Shown: piece after piece, positions 49,487 to 63,667 of the stretch
How the letters are laid out: every line of letters begins with the position of its first letter
Position numbering within the stretch: position 1 is the first letter of the stretch
DNA from: Obrimoposthia wandeli
Lineage: Eukaryota
Length of the DNA stretch: 64,000 nucleotides
Direction: 5' to 3'
Assembly (NCBI GenBank): GCA_977020255.1
Contig: CDROCS010001934.1
Coordinates: 186,001-250,000, forward strand
Position numbers and translations under genes: made by a program
The notes under the pieces: generated by a model
Told to the model about the DNA's origin: nothing
What the model saw: the letters and a program-made list of their open reading frames with translations, nothing else
Database searches by the model: none

Positions 49487-52400
49487 GTAAGTTGTATATT
49501 GCTGATGATGAAAAGGTTTTGTTTCTGCAAATGTAATTTAATTTTGTTTACAAAAAATATTTGGAGTTTCTCAGAGTTCGATTTTTGGTTCAATCTTGTT
49601 TTCGATTTCTATTTTTGTCAATCGTAACGATTATTTAAAAATACAAATCTCATTTCCACTGTTATGTTGATGATACACAATTTTATGTCATAGTTATTAT
49701 AATCACAATTTCTTGAAATATATTTTTGATTAAATAGCTAAATGAATGAAATCAAGGCAATAAATGGGAAGTTATCAAAGGTGGAAACCAAAGCTTTTAT
49801 AATATTTTGAATTTTACTTATTTATCTTGAAACATTTTTGGTTGGCAAAATTTTAGCTTTCCTTATCGATTATTTTAAGATATATGCTGATTTATTAGTT
49901 TGTTTAAGTTAAAATTGTAACACATCAAACTTTATTGGATAATGGATATTATTAAAATCTTTTTATTTTTCAATAAGTAATTTTTAATAATTATTTCGTC
50001 CTTGGTTTTTATTGAGGGTTAATACAATTTTCCAATTTTCCAAAATATCAAAGTTAGCTCATTAAGTAGTTTTTTTTCATTTTAATATTGTTTTCAAATA
50101 CATAGTACGCATCATTTAAGCAATAGTTTTATGTATAAATTTAACGATTGGATTTATTTACATGTCTGATAAGGTTTTGGGTAGCTAATAATTTAACGTT
50201 GTTCTTGAAAATTATTTTTTGAGAATATTTTTAAAATTATAAAGAACATTTAAGATTTTATTTCGAAAACTTCGCTGGTTAGAGTAACTTACACCGTATT
50301 GAACAAAAGAGTATCAGAAATGTCGGTGAAAATTTTATTTATTAAAAATGCAAAATAGAGAACTGTCAAATTAATAATAAGAACATTGAACATCCATATC
50401 AAAAAGATTTTACTAATAATAAATGATATGCTTTTTTAAATTCGTTTCTGTATAATTTATTCCAGTTTATCAATTAAATCGCATGCAAAAAAATGCAAGC
50501 CCGTCAAAATTTAAAGAAAACTGCTAATACATTGACTTTGACCTATTGACAGAATTGAGTTCAGATACTACTTATTATCAAAAAATTGCACTCTCTCAGA
50601 AAAGCCTAAATATTTATATGATATTTTCAAACCCAGTGCAGTGAGTATGTATATGCATCTTAAAAGCAACAATGATGACTGCAGATTGGTCAATAAATTA
50701 TCAAATAACAAACAGAGTGAATATAACTCTAACAATGTTGAAAAATAAAAGAAACAACTGAATGCTTTATTACTCAGAAAATACTACAAAAAAAAAACAC
50801 AGAAATTTACGACCTTTTTTTTAAGTGATTTTGCAATTCATTTAAGAAACGTCTGTTGCAATTTGAATATTGTGATTTATCGAATTTCGTAGTATGTTTA
50901 ATAAAGTAAAATGAATAGTATCTTCAGCATAATATTTAAAAAGTTTTTTTAGCAATTTAGAATTATAGAATAAGCTGTGAATGGTTTTGTGTTTGTTTTG
51001 TATTTTTACTATGTTTAAAAAATTATTTATATCCTGAAAATAACACAAAATGTCAAATGGGTCTTTACAAAAAAGAATTAAAACAATTCCACGATGCATT
51101 TGCATTCAAAATACATTACAACAAAGGCATATGTGAAACTATTGTCAAAATGCCACCCTTTTAGCTGGATCAGCCAGCATGGGAAATTGATTTGTTTTGT
51201 CACACATTTGCAAAGGACGTCAAGGACGAAAGAAGGAACAAACTGTTGATTTTCGAAAAAAATTGTAATATAAACATTTCGGATGGAAATGAATTTAACA
51301 ATTACCAATGATACTTTTAATAGACGATCAAAAAGATAAAAGAAAATAATTTTATTTATGTTTAGATCACACAATTACCGTCGTACTGAGAAATAAGTTA
51401 TTGCCTCCTACACATTATGTTTTCTTCAGAGTTATGGTCACATTCTCAGCAAGTAGCTCTATTTTCGTTTCTTTATCTTGTCTGTTTTATTGTAGGGGTT
51501 TATTTAAACCATAAATTTTGGATATTTTGTGTAAATTACCTAAAAATATTTCAGAACAACACACATAGAGTTTATTTTAATATATAGATAAGTAACTCAT
51601 TACCAATAGCGTTGTGCACCATACACGTAGAGATCCAAAAGCATATTTATCGCATTATCAAAGTACAGGTAATTATCGATTATTGCAGAACTTATCAACT
51701 GGTTGATCAACCATGCATTTCTGAATTTCTTAAATAAATCAGTATATGTTGATCAATGATTCTTGTGAAGTTTGGTCCGTTCTGAAATAATCAACTCCAT
51801 TCAAATAAACGTCTACTTATCTCTGTTTGACTTCATAATTTTTATTTTGTTCAATAATTTTGTCGCAATTTGATTGGTTAAATCATTTAAAACTTTTTGT
51901 AAATACAAAAAATATATTTTAACAAAAAACAACTTTGATAAAATAAGATTACGTACTTATTTCATCAAAAGGCTGGTATAAATTGTACCTATCGCCTTAT
52001 TTCCATCATAGTTACTAGAGTTGTATTTAGGATTTGCTCAATAATTTCCTCATTATCTATAACAATCTTGTAAAAGTATCTAGAAAATCAAAATTAAAAA
52101 GTAAAAAGAGACTGAATTATTTCTTTTAATGAAAATGTTATTACAATTTGGCATTTTGTCATAGTGAAGTTGTCACATAGCACTACACGCTAACTAATTA
52201 TGATTGCAATGACCTTAGCATATAATAAATTATGATTAGTGCTTTTACAATCGAAATGTCCAAAATTGCAGTAAATAGTAATTTGATATTTTGATGAACT
52301 CTGATAGAACACGAAAATTAGTTTTTTTGTAGGTCAAAATGGGGTTAAATGTAACTAGACAGAAAATTTTATAATCATTTGAACTAAAGCGGGCCAAGCG

Positions 52401-54434
52401 CAAGGGTTTAAAGGGATATTATGCATCTCAGAACTCGGTCGTGGCGTTCAATCTGACACTGGCAGTACTGGGAAATGGGAGAAAATGGGAAAATAAATAT
52501 TTTGTTAAAAAGTTTAAAAAAGAGTAGGTAAAAAAGTAAATAAAATAAGATTAAATCTTTGAAGACTAAGTCTGACTTTTAATCTCAATTACATTTTAAA
52601 ATGACTTTTAATTTAAAATATACTTTTAGTAAATTTATTTTAACGGTTAATAACAAATTCAATTAAAAGTGTATAAAAGGGAAAAGCGGGTAAGATACCC
52701 ATTAACTAGCGCATCAAAAATAAGTAAATAAGACACAAATGATTACATATTAATTAAAAAGTCAGCCTCCATTCAAAGAATCAAATAGCGCTATACACAA
52801 CAATCCGTTGCAATATGAATTCACTTTATAAACATCTCAACTTATCAAAAAACATAAATCATTATCTCATATAATACGATAGTGAAACACTTTAAAAATC
52901 TTATAATAAATCATGCTGTAGCAATTGAAATGTGTCTCTCTAAAATTGCGGTAGAGAGTAATTCGATATTTGGAAAAACTCAAATAGAACAATAAAGATT
53001 TATTGTGGTTCAAATTTAGGCTGTATTTTCAAATAATACAATAAAGAAACGAGTCATGAATTTTTGATTCTTTAGACGTAGTTCCAAATTTATCTACACG
53101 CCATTTTCAATCGTTTTACTGTACTGACTTTGTTGAGACAGCTTAAGATGGAGCCATGGGACAAAATTAACCAGCCTTGCACTCATCAAGATATGTCGAA
53201 ACGCACAAAATATTGGGTAGTCAAAAATATCTGTTTGAGTTATTCATCGGAAAACAGAAAATGTTTGCAAGTATACAATTTCTAATAAAAAACGTATTAG
53301 GTTTTTATATAAAATATAAGGGGCCATGATTATAAAACTATTTAATTAATATTAATTAATTTAACAATGAAATAATTACATCTGGGTAACTCTGATAATT
53401 ACAATTAGTTAAAATACCTGTAAAAGTGAGAAATTATGTACTGAACTTGCAAAAAATAATTTTCTTTAAATGTTTTTAAACAGTTGAATTTTTAAAAAAT
53501 TATTTATAAATGTAAATTATATATTTTTTTCATATATGTAACATTAATAATTTTGATGCTTTTGAACTATTTCGAAATTGAAAATTAACATTTATGTCAT
53601 CTATTTATTTAACGACTATTACAACTTTTTAAAGTGTTTATTGTTAAAATTATTCAAATAGAACATTATTTTTATCCTCTTTAAAATTTTAATTTTAAAT
53701 AATTTAAATAAGCATATAATTTGAAATGTTACAAACTTAAGACAAGATTTTGATCATTGTTTAAAACTTATTTTCCAAACCAAACAAGGCATTCGGTACT
53801 CAATTATTGTCTAATCCTGTACATAACAGATTTCATTCCTATATTTTTGCTGTCTCATTCATTTTACTAAGATTCCCTCTTTTTAGTCAGCGACTTTCAA
53901 GGCTCTTAATTAGGAATGTTTATGAATTATTAATTTTTACATACAAGTTACGTGATTAGCTGACTTTAATGAGATATAGGGCTTTATCTCACACAGCAAA
54001 CATAACAAAAATCCTTGTCACAAAAGTTTGGGAGACGAGTGATTGAAAAAGGAATTAACTTGTTTTAGCCAATCAGATCAAGAGATTTTAATCTTCGCTA
54101 TTTCTGGTTATGGGGAGATTTGAAAGGACAAGTCTGTAAACATAAAATCTATGAGCTAAAAACTGTTATTCAAATATAATTACACACCATAAATTACCCT
54201 CTTATATTCTCTCGAAGGTTTTTCATCCTGTTATTGTTCTAAAGTTAATTTTTGCAAAATATCCATACTCTAAAATAAACTTTTATATTTCAATATTTAT
54301 TCTATATTATAACTATGTTTTTAAAAAAATATTTTATTATCGTTATTTTCACTTTTAGAATTAGTTCAGATCTTTAGTTGTCACCCGTTCCATACGGGAA
54401 TAAGTTCATTTATTATATTCGATTGCCATTACAG

Positions 54435-54634
54435 ATTGCTCCGGAGTACCTGGGTTATCTGATTCTAGCTGCGATTGGGGTTGTATTCATCCTCTTCTTC
54501 ACCCTCGTGGCGAGTATCTGCTTCTGCAAGTGTAGCTGCTGTAAGTCAAGGAATCCGCCTCCATTGAACAAGAACAAGAAGACCAAGCGCCACGTCCTCA
54601 ACTGCTTCGTGTTTATCTTCACCTCCTTCATGAT
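54435..54634 (+). CDS. PROM: Prominin-like, exon 3 (TM1, Cys-rich loop, TM2)
   Basis: EYLGYLILAAIGVVFILFFTLVASICFCKCSCC...HVLNCFVFIFTSFM parallels prominin YE.G...C..LG.LF...MPL.G.FFC.CRCC. TACAG acceptor and GTAAGA donor. Confidence 0.75.
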
Positions 54635-55224
54635 GTAAGAGTCCGGCTCTTCAACTAGGAATAATAAAGGCTTAGTATAACTAATATTTCCAAGTAATTT
54701 GAGGCACATCATTGAAATAGAGTAACTATCGATCGTAATTGGTCATACGAATTGTTCTCTGTTATGTGCTAACTATCTTTCTTTCAGGAATTAATCATTT
54801 GATGGGGATTGCGTAAGGTACACAATAATGCCCTTTAACTTCTCTTCAAACCTTACCGACCTCATTGGCAGCTTTTTCATCTATTTTCTTCTTCTAAAGT
54901 TTCACAACATTGATTGGCTATAATCGCATTTTTACTTTGACTTAAATGTTTCCTTGTTTGATAACAAGATTTACTCTGTAGTATCAACGATATAACTTCA
55001 TTTTTAACGTCTTTCATTTAATGAATGATGGATAAATAATATATTTCTAAATCTATAATTTTAATGATTTTAATGTGAAATGATTTAATTAACTGTGTTG
55101 TTAGGACCAGTCATAGTTTTTTGTAAATTTCACTCAAGTCTGTGATTTTTGATAGAGAAGATTCCTCTATCAGCAGTAGAATTACCGTCACATGATAGTT
55201 GTGACAGCCATAATTATCATGCAG

Positions 55225-55384
55225 AGTTGGTGGCATTGTCGGAATTGTTGGTTGCTCCATCGTTCTACAGACACTGAAGCCTGTCAACGCGACCTCCACG
55301 CAGGATTCCACCCCCAGGAACGTGTACACTAATATCAACACTGCATTCGACAGTCTCGGTCAATATTCCACCGCACTCATCAAT
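55225..55384 (+). CDS. PROM: Prominin-like, exon 4 (end of TM2 and start of the extracellular loop)
   Basis: In phase with exon 3: (I)VGGIVGIVGCSIVLQTLKPVNATS...NTAFDSLGQYSTALIN. TGCAG acceptor and GTAGGC donor. Confidence 0.7.
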
Positions 55385-56203
55385 GTAGGCAGGATCATTT
55401 TCTAGATTTTTTTCCAAAATAATCAATTTTAAATAAATGTAAATATTTCCAAGATATTATTTTTTATCATTCATAACTGGTAAATACTTGGTCAAAGTGA
55501 GATATTTTGAGCTAAACTATCAAATTAAGTTTGTTTAAATATTTTTAAATAGTTAAAATTTCAATTTAAAGTAAATATAAAATAAATATGCCATAAAATT
55601 ATGCAGGAAGTTATAAATAAAACTTAAAATAATAATTTTAATATTTTTGAAATATTTTACTAGCCAAAATTATTTTTTGTAACATTTATTTATTAGACAA
55701 ATATTTTAACTTTAAAAATAGGTCTTTTTATGTTCAAATACAATTTTTTTAACCTATTTAAAATCACAATTTTAAATAACTTTATATTAAAGAAATTATT
55801 AAGTAGTTAACTGTTTATGTACGATCACATTCCAATATTATTACTCTTTATATTCTTAATAAAGTAGATTTACCATCCAAAAATAAATCCAATGAAATGA
55901 AATGTCAAATTTTATAAAAGAGTGAGTTATCCGCCAACAACCAACTTTTCTAGGCTTACAAATATTCAGCTGCAGAAAGAAAGAAGATTAAAATACGAAT
56001 CGCGAGTGAAGTCATAGAACATACTTGTACCCTGTGGGATTGCTTTAGACTACGTGGAGTTTCAGAACTGTGGATACAATACCTGTTCGAGTAAATGGCC
56101 TGACTGCTGACAAATTATAGACGATTGAAAAAAGGGAGCATGTATTGTAAAAATAAACGATACAATATAATATTTACCTTTCCAATACTCTGAAGATACT
56201 CAG

Positions 56204-56309
56204 AAAATGCTGTCACAATCTGGGAAACCACAAAGCAGTGTCGCACAAATAATCTCCCCTGGAGATTCATCGGTCCTACATGAAGTAGAAGACACCTTAG
56301 AGAATTTAA
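56204..56309 (+). CDS. Probable further exon of the prominin-like gene
   Basis: CAG acceptor, open phase-0 frame KMLSQSGKPQ...SVLHEVEDTLENL, GTACTT donor. Confidence 0.45.
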
Positions 56310-57249
56310 GTACTTGTATGTGTTTACTATGAATATAGTTTTCTTATATTATCAAAATAGAAATTGAGTTGTAATGGTGAAGATTTGATTAGGATAAATA
56401 CATCTTCTACTTGCTTTAAAATCATAAGCAATACTTCGAATTAATATTTAAAATATTAAATAGAAACTATGGTTAATAGTAAACTACAATTTCACCAAAT
56501 GTGCATCAGTCTGTATTTTCCGAAATTTTCGACCAGAAATTTTAAAAAGTTGAATAATAATCTAATTGTATATACAAGTACATCTCGTTTTACGACGAGG
56601 ATGCGTTCCCTGAAACGTAACGTAATACTAAACGACGTTAAACAAGGATTTTTTAAAATATGTACTTCTTTATTGAAAATATAAAAATAAACTAATTTCA
56701 TTAGATAAGAAAAGATAGGGGAAAAAATTATTTGAAATTATGCTTCTGATGAACAAGAGCTGGATGGTATTGAAACCTGAAATTTGATTTTTAAAATTTA
56801 TGCAGAAGTACTTAACATTATTTACTTACGTCATTTTCAACGGACCTTTTTTCTATTCCCGTTTCTTTGCTGTAAAATTAAAAAAAAGTACTAAGAGTTA
56901 TCGGATTAGATTTCTTTCTGAAATAATTTTAAATCAAATAAATTGTAGTCTACTTTGATAGAAGAGAAAAAAATAATATAAATTCGTTTTATTTTAAATA
57001 ATGAATGCAGCAGGGATGCCAGACTTGCAAAAACAAAAGAATTCAAATAAATCAATTTAAAGATTTTTTCAAAATAATGTTTTATTGAGATAATTTATTA
57101 CAAATACAATTTCAAATCAAAAATTTGACCAAAACGAAAATATAAAAATAATTATATATTTTTAAAATCAAAACAGATAATTCAATTATTTAATTTGGGA
57201 TCAACACTAATTACACCAATTTTATCTTCAATTAATAATATTTGGTAAA

Positions 57250-57660
57250 AACTTTATTATTTGCAAAAATCAAACAGTGTTTTCAAATGACTCTAAATCG
57301 AGATGATGTTGTACGAGGTTCACCAAATCATAATTTGATTTTCTTACAAAATTACTGTCGAATTTGCTACAGCTATATTTATTTAGAAAACCTTACTCCT
57401 AATGTCACTATTATAAATCTTTTAAGCATACGTTTGCTTTATTTCGAAGAATAAGTCAAGTCGTATAAATATTTTGTTGATGATATCTGGTCAAATAAAT
57501 CATACTTTTATAAACAGCTTACATTAAAATCTGTCGTTTACTATTGAGAAGGAAAAGCATGTAAATTGCCTTTTCTGGATATGAGAGCTGAAAGAATAGA
57601 CTCAGTATTTAATATGCCAACCTACTACAAAAATAATGTCTCTGGTTTGAATTTAACTCC
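57250..57660 (+). pseudogene. Penelope-like element reverse transcriptase remnant
   Basis: In order: DDVVRGSP (like DGVAMGSP), YKYFVDDI (like Y.RYVDDI), FTIEKE-LPFLD and YYK..SG. This is the characteristic PLE RT thumb region. Confidence 0.7.
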
Positions 57661-57746
57661 ACACAGCTTTAATGACAACTCACAGAGTTTGGTGTTTATC
57701 ATTTAAATTTGCAAACTTTAGCCAAACTTCAATGAAAGTAGAGGGG

Positions 57747-58250
57747 TGTGGCACTTCTGGCACAAATACATTTGGACACCCCCTTAAAATGAGTGGGATG
57801 GGATATGAATCATTGTCTTTGTGTTTGGAGAACAAAGACCATAACTCATCGATGACTCATGTTCTCTGTTTTTTAGTACTATATTTTAAAACTTACATAT
57901 CTTTGGATCTAAATGTTGTATTGATATACAGTCTTCACTATAGAATAGTCCATAGAGTTTCGAATGTGGTTCTTTGAGCAGGGTTCTTCAAAAGTGCTTC
58001 CTCGAAATTGATTCTTCTAAGGTGGTTTTCGAAGATATTTTTCGAAGGGGCTTCTCCAAAAGTGGTTCTTCAAGGATTGAACCTTCAAGGGTTAAAAAAT
58101 GCAATTTTTATTTTTCTACTTTTTAAAGGCAATCTTAATGCACTGAATTTTAAGTTTATCAAACCTCCGAAAATCGATCTAACACTTTGAAAATTTTATT
58201 TTTCCAATATTTTTAATAAAACGATTTAAAATATATTTGTTTAAAATTTC
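57747..58250 (+). mobile_element. LTR-like start (TGTGGCACTTCTGGCACAAA) after a purine tract
   Basis: AAAGTAGAGGGG|TGTGG. It shares ACTCATCGATGACTCA and AACCTTCAA...TTTTATTTTTCTACTTTT blocks with 41950-41985 and 43380-43520. Confidence 0.55.
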
Positions 58251-59683
58251 AAAATCAAAATTGGCGCCAAATTTAATTTAAAAAATGTTTGGTAATTTAT
58301 TTTTTACGTGAATTTTTAGTAGCAGTGATTGATGTAAAATTCATATAAAATACTAATAATAGCAAGAGTTTCTTGAAAGATAATTTTGTTTTAGCAGTAA
58401 AATAATATAATTATTATCCTTACACACATACTTTTTTAACATTCTTGTTTGAAGAACATTTCTTATTGCCCACTATACACATGCGTATAAACTTTATGAA
58501 AAAGAAACAAATATACCGAAACCGGTTCAAATTATGTTACAACCATAAAAAAGCGAACACTGATTTTTATCAATATTTCGGTCATAAAAAATATGAAAAA
58601 ATTTCTTACAAAACTTTGTATACATTTTGAAGATAATAATTGCCTTTCAAGTAGTTTGCCCGTCGTGTTTTGATGTTCTCGGGCTAAGTAGATTTTTATT
58701 TATTATTATTGAATTTATAAGTTTATAAAGGTCAAAGTATAAGGATTATTATTTATCATGCGTATTTTTATTTAAATAATATTATAGGACTAGCAGATTC
58801 ACTATTGAAACAATTGAAAAAAAGTTTGTGAATCACTTATCACTAATGTAGGTCCCGAGTAGGTCAAAATATGCAATTCCGGTCTACTTCGAATTAAATT
58901 TGTTGCCATGGGTTTCCAAATTTTTAAATCTACTTATGTTTTCATGAATTTATTATGATTTAAAGATATTTATTGCTCGTAGGTTACATGTAAGTTGTAA
59001 TGTGGTATAAAATAAAAATTTAACTATAAAACAAAGACATTTATGCACACAACTTGCATGTACGTTGTATGCATTCTAAAATATATATATTTTATCTTTA
59101 TAACTTCACATGATATGTATGTTGCCGGCGCCATATGCATCTATAACATCATGTATTAACTTGTTGTCAGATCAAATATTTATTTATCATCAAGTTTAAC
59201 CACCAAATCATTTTTGAAATTGCACGAATATGATGACTGAGTTATAAATTAATACATATATTGGAAAACAAAAACTGGGAAATGTGATTGCATAAATATG
59301 TGCTTATGTTTCCACAGGAAAGAGTTCTAAAAGTTATTTGAAAATTTGAGAAGAAAGTAAAGTAAGATGTAAGAGATGCTTGATAGAGTTTGATGGACAA
59401 AGAATGAAGAAGATCATCTTTTTACAATAGGATCCTAAGCTAAGTTTAAGAAAAAGTAATAACAGCAAAAGGAATTACTAATAAAATTTTATTATATAAT
59501 ATGTTTTTGATTAATTTACGTTTTACATTGTAGTTATTTTAAAATATTCTACGTTGCAGTTATTTAAAAATATTCTTATTTGCGATGATATTATTCTACG
59601 TTGTAGAATTTTTAATACCTATACTGAAACATCATTCTTCCCATCCCATATATGTTTTAGAGGGCTAGGATAATAATTAGGTC

Positions 59684-59763
59684 TAAGGTTAGATGATTAG
59701 GTTAGGGTTAGAGATAGGGTTAGGCTGGAGGTTAGATATTTAGAGCTAGAGTTAGGGTAAGGG
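59684..59763 (+). repeat. Degenerate interstitial TTAGGG-like tract
   Basis: TTAGG/TTAGGG/TTAGAG units over about 80 bp. Confidence 0.55.
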
Positions 59764-59919
59764 TGTATATTTTTAATATATTAATGATTTTGTAATCGGA
59801 TGACTCACATTGAAAAATTAACACTTTTGCAAAGGTGTTACAAATATATGCTTAACCTTTGGTTACAGAAGCCATTTAGAGATGAGTCAAGTTGTGTTTT
59901 AAATGTTTTATCAAATATG

Positions 59920-60660
59920 TGTTGTGGTTTCTATTTGAAAATCTTAAATAGATCCTCGTATGGAGGCCCCTAACGTGAGTTCTATAGCAATAGGGCTTGC
60001 AGTTGTTCGTGGCCTATTTAGATGTCCTTACTTGTCTCAATTTCTAATCTGAAGGTTCTGTTTTATTATGTGTGTTGTGGAGATGTGTGAAGAGTTGTGT
60101 ACACGGGGACTGGAAAATTTCCCTTAGTGTGGTGTTATGTATGGAGATTATGTTGGTTCTGACCTAATTGCAAGGGTTTCTTCAAGACAACACTATTTAA
60201 TGTAGGAAATCTTTATTTTATCAAATTTAATCTAACTAGGTTCCTAAAAATGGTAACGATTAGTCCTATCCAATTCACTAAACTTTACACAAATGGGGAT
60301 GTCCTGCCGTACCAATTTTGATCGTACCTCATAGTGTTACAAGCTTCTCAATCAAAATCGATGTATGCTTTATTTTATAAAATAAATGTAGGCTTTATTT
60401 GATCAATCTTTACTTTAATAAAAAATCTTTACTTTATAAAAATCAATCAATGTAGGCTTTATTCTATCAAGCTCTATTTTATCAAATTCAATTTAGGCTT
60501 TTTTAAGCTTTATTTTATCAAAATCAATCTAGGCTTTATTTTGTCAATCTTTACTTTATCAAAATCAAATCAATTTAGGCTTTATTTTATCAAATTCAAT
60601 TTAGTCTTTATTTTATCAATCTTTACTTATCAAAATCAAATCAATGTAGGCATTAATCGA
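59920..60660 (-). mobile_element. LTR-like repeat, copy C, with an AT-rich tandem array (60340-60640)
   Basis: TGTTGTGGTTTCTA...GGAGGCCCCTAACGTGAGTTCTATAG is homologous to copies A and B. CTTTATTTTATCAAAATCAA units are repeated. Confidence 0.7.
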
Positions 60661-61499
60661 TTAATCTTTCACCCTTCTCACCTTCCTCTAGTCAGTTATG
60701 TATTCTCGTCCGTCGGTCCTTTTTGGTAGGTTTCTCGCGATTTTCCTTTCCTCGCGTTTTCTGAAATTTGAGAGGGTTCGGTTGATTTTATACTGATTGT
60801 AGAATGTATTTACTTTTTTCTTTACGACTTGTGGTGACTTCTCTTGAGATTGATCGATTCTGGAACAATCGAACTTCGTGAATATAGCTTTTCTGGTTAA
60901 TAACTATTTTCTGGACAATCAATTTCCTGTAACGATCAGCTTCTCAATCAACTCAATTTTCTCGAATTTAATTTTTCTGGAAATTCACTGGAATAATCTA
61001 AAAATAAATGTCTTTTTATATTAGGATTTTTTACCCTTTTTCTTTCCGGACGCTAATTGATTTTTTGTTTCGTCTTCTTCCTTAATGGCTGCGACTCCGT
61101 GAGGCCTTTCGCGACTAGTCTAGACTGCTCTCCTTCAATTAAATAGTAAATTAAGATCACTTAGTTAAGTTATTCTTACCTCCGGCTGATCAATTCCCAC
61201 GAGTCAATTACTGCAGTTGGTTTCTTCTCGCGTCTAATTTATTATTATTGTTTTCTTGACTAAAACGTCTAATTGATTATTTTTCTTTTCTTGACTAATG
61301 TAATTCTTTTTTGGGCACTTTTAATAGTTTTAAAATCTAATATATACTACACATCATACACTTGACCTCTTCAAGGTCCTAAAATACTTTTTTATTTTAT
61401 TATATTTAATTTCAATTCTATTTCAATTTCATTTTTTTTAAACCTTGTTTTCAAGGTTTTATTTTCTTATATAAATAAATTATTATTTTTAAAAATTAT

Positions 61500-62030
61500 T
61501 AAAATCCTAATCCTTACAGATGGTTGATGTGAGAAAAACAACTGATGTAGAATGATCTCTGGTATTGATTGAATAATTAAATCATCAAAAGGACTATTTT
61601 AAATATTCTTATTAACAAGAGAATGGAAATTTAAATAATCTTACAGTAGTAATTAAGGATACTCCATATCATTATTACCGTTTGGTTCATTTTTGATGAC
61701 TTCCTTACTTACTCAATCTTTAAAAACGAAATAAATCTATAATGTTCTCTAAATGATTTGAGTTAAATTAGGATTTATTATTTCGGATAAATATCGAAGA
61801 AACTGAAAATAAGGTGGTATAAGAAGGGAAATTAGGACCATATACCTGTAATTTCTATTGTGAAAGCAAGAACTTATTCGATATATGTTTGAAAATCAGG
61901 AAAATTTGGTGAATTATACTCGGTTAGTTTGCTATGTTAATGCATAGAACGTTTTAGAAGGCAAATTAAGGCGAACAATCAATTCTACGGTATTTGAATA
62001 GGACATTTTTTGATTACTACTTAAATCTAT
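61500..62030 (+). pseudogene. Possible Penelope-like GIY-YIG/linker remnant
   Basis: Weak traces: LPY, a Cys cluster (YTCNFYCE...C) and NLVNY...C...LRR..NSTVFE. Heavily decayed. Confidence 0.3.
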
Positions 62031-62455
62031 CTGATTAAAAAAGAAAATATTGGAAAATAAACTGAAATTTGAAAGATTGAAAAAAAGTTGATAAGCGTGT
62101 GAATTTTATAGTGAGAATGAAAATAGTTTAACCTAACACAAATTGAGGTATATCTATCAGGTTTGATTATTCATTCGTCCGTATGTCGTTTCACAGTCGT
62201 TTCAAATTCGTTTCACATTCGTGAATGTTTGATTAATAAATATTTCTTTGTACTCAATAACTTGCAAAATAAGCCTAACTTTCAGAGAAATTTCCAATTT
62301 CTTTCTGTTTACTCATTTCGTCTATTCCAGTTTAACATTTATTTAAAAACTTATTTTAGCTATTACTTTAGAAAAAAACACTTAATCCAAGAAATATTTA
62401 TTTAACAATTTCGATACAACTGCTTCAAAGATTCAGCTGAGTCTCAGTAGGTAGA

Positions 62456-62800
62456 TGTGGCACTTCTGGCACAAAGCCCCCGGGGCTTATGAGGACAAGC
62501 TAAGGTCTTGACCTCGTGAGATCATGTGAGGTCAAGGTCACATAAGGTCACCGATTTCGAACTATCTCGGTAATTTCTCAATACAATGTCGATCTTGGGT
62601 TGATGTATTACCAACGCCCAGCAGGCGGGTTTGTTTCTCTATCCGTACTTGTTCTTCTTCTTTCTGAACTTCAATAAACTGAAACCAGTTTGGATTTGGC
62701 TTGCTGTGTTCTGAATTCAATGCTTTGCGTTATCCTTTGAGATGATTGTTTTTTGATGACCCTATATATTTTCATATTGTGTCCACATTTCTACATAAAA
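62456..62800 (+). mobile_element. LTR-like start (TGTGGCACTTCTGGCACAAA), copy 3
   Basis: GGTAGA|TGTGGCAC...CCCCC.G...TGAGGACAA matches the inverse of 43565-43611. It has AGGTCA-rich motifs as at 42000-42160 and an AATAAA. Confidence 0.55.
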
Positions 62801-63600
62801 TCTCGCTTTTACCGCCACCCAGAACCTGGATCTTCTAGTTCATTGAAAGCAGTCATTCAAACTTCATTAATATTACCTATAAAGATTTATTAATCCAAAA
62901 CTTTACACTTTTCGTCAAAGGGATTGACAGAACTAATAAAATGCGCAATAAAAATGGGGAAAATCCGGATTTAATGAAACGGAAATAGGCGAAACGGTAC
63001 CGATTATGAGTTTTCATGCCTGCAATTTGCTTAAATAATGTTTAATTGACATGGCGTATTATTTTATTTTCTATTTAATAATAATAGCCATAAAAGACTG
63101 CGTTCATCCGTAGTTTAATAAATATCACCATTTCATATATTTTAAAAATTACATCATTTTTTTTTGTAAAATAATATGTTTCACCGAGTTCTATCATGTT
63201 GCCAGAAAGGGTACATATTCTTTTGTTAACAAATATAAATGAATTATTGAAGTTAATTTAATAATCTGTGTCATTTGATCATTTATTTTACAATAATAAT
63301 AGAGATATCATGTTTATAGATAAAAATATCTCGAAAAAAAACCACACAACATAAAACAAAACAGTGTCACATCATTGTAACTATTAATTTTAAATTAAAA
63401 TATATGGATGATTCTAATTATATCTCAACTTTAACAATGGTGATTCTTAAACTAAATGGAATATATTTTTATTGATGTGACTTTTTATAACTGTTATGAT
63501 TATATTTGAAGAATTTGGTATACATTCTAAATGTTAACAAATTTGAAGACATAACAAACAATGAATTATTCTAATGTTAAATTAAAACCATTCATTGCAG

Positions 63601-63667
63601 AATATTTGGTCCAAAGGAGTTCCAGTTATCAACAACGCCATTGCCAGTGTCCCAGAGATTATATTTG
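63601..63667 (+). CDS. Candidate internal exon (possibly of the prominin-like gene)
   Basis: TTGCAG acceptor, GTGAGT donor, GC-richer, two open frames. The assignment is uncertain. Confidence 0.4.

Noticed and set aside
55960-56145. GC-richer stretch as an additional prominin exon
   Set aside because: I could not find a splice and phase combination that gives a convincing stop-free frame. Left unresolved.
62960-63005. TTAATGA...GGCGAAACGGTACCG as a degenerate minimal hammerhead
   Set aside because: It needs about five substitutions including core positions, and there is no stem I.
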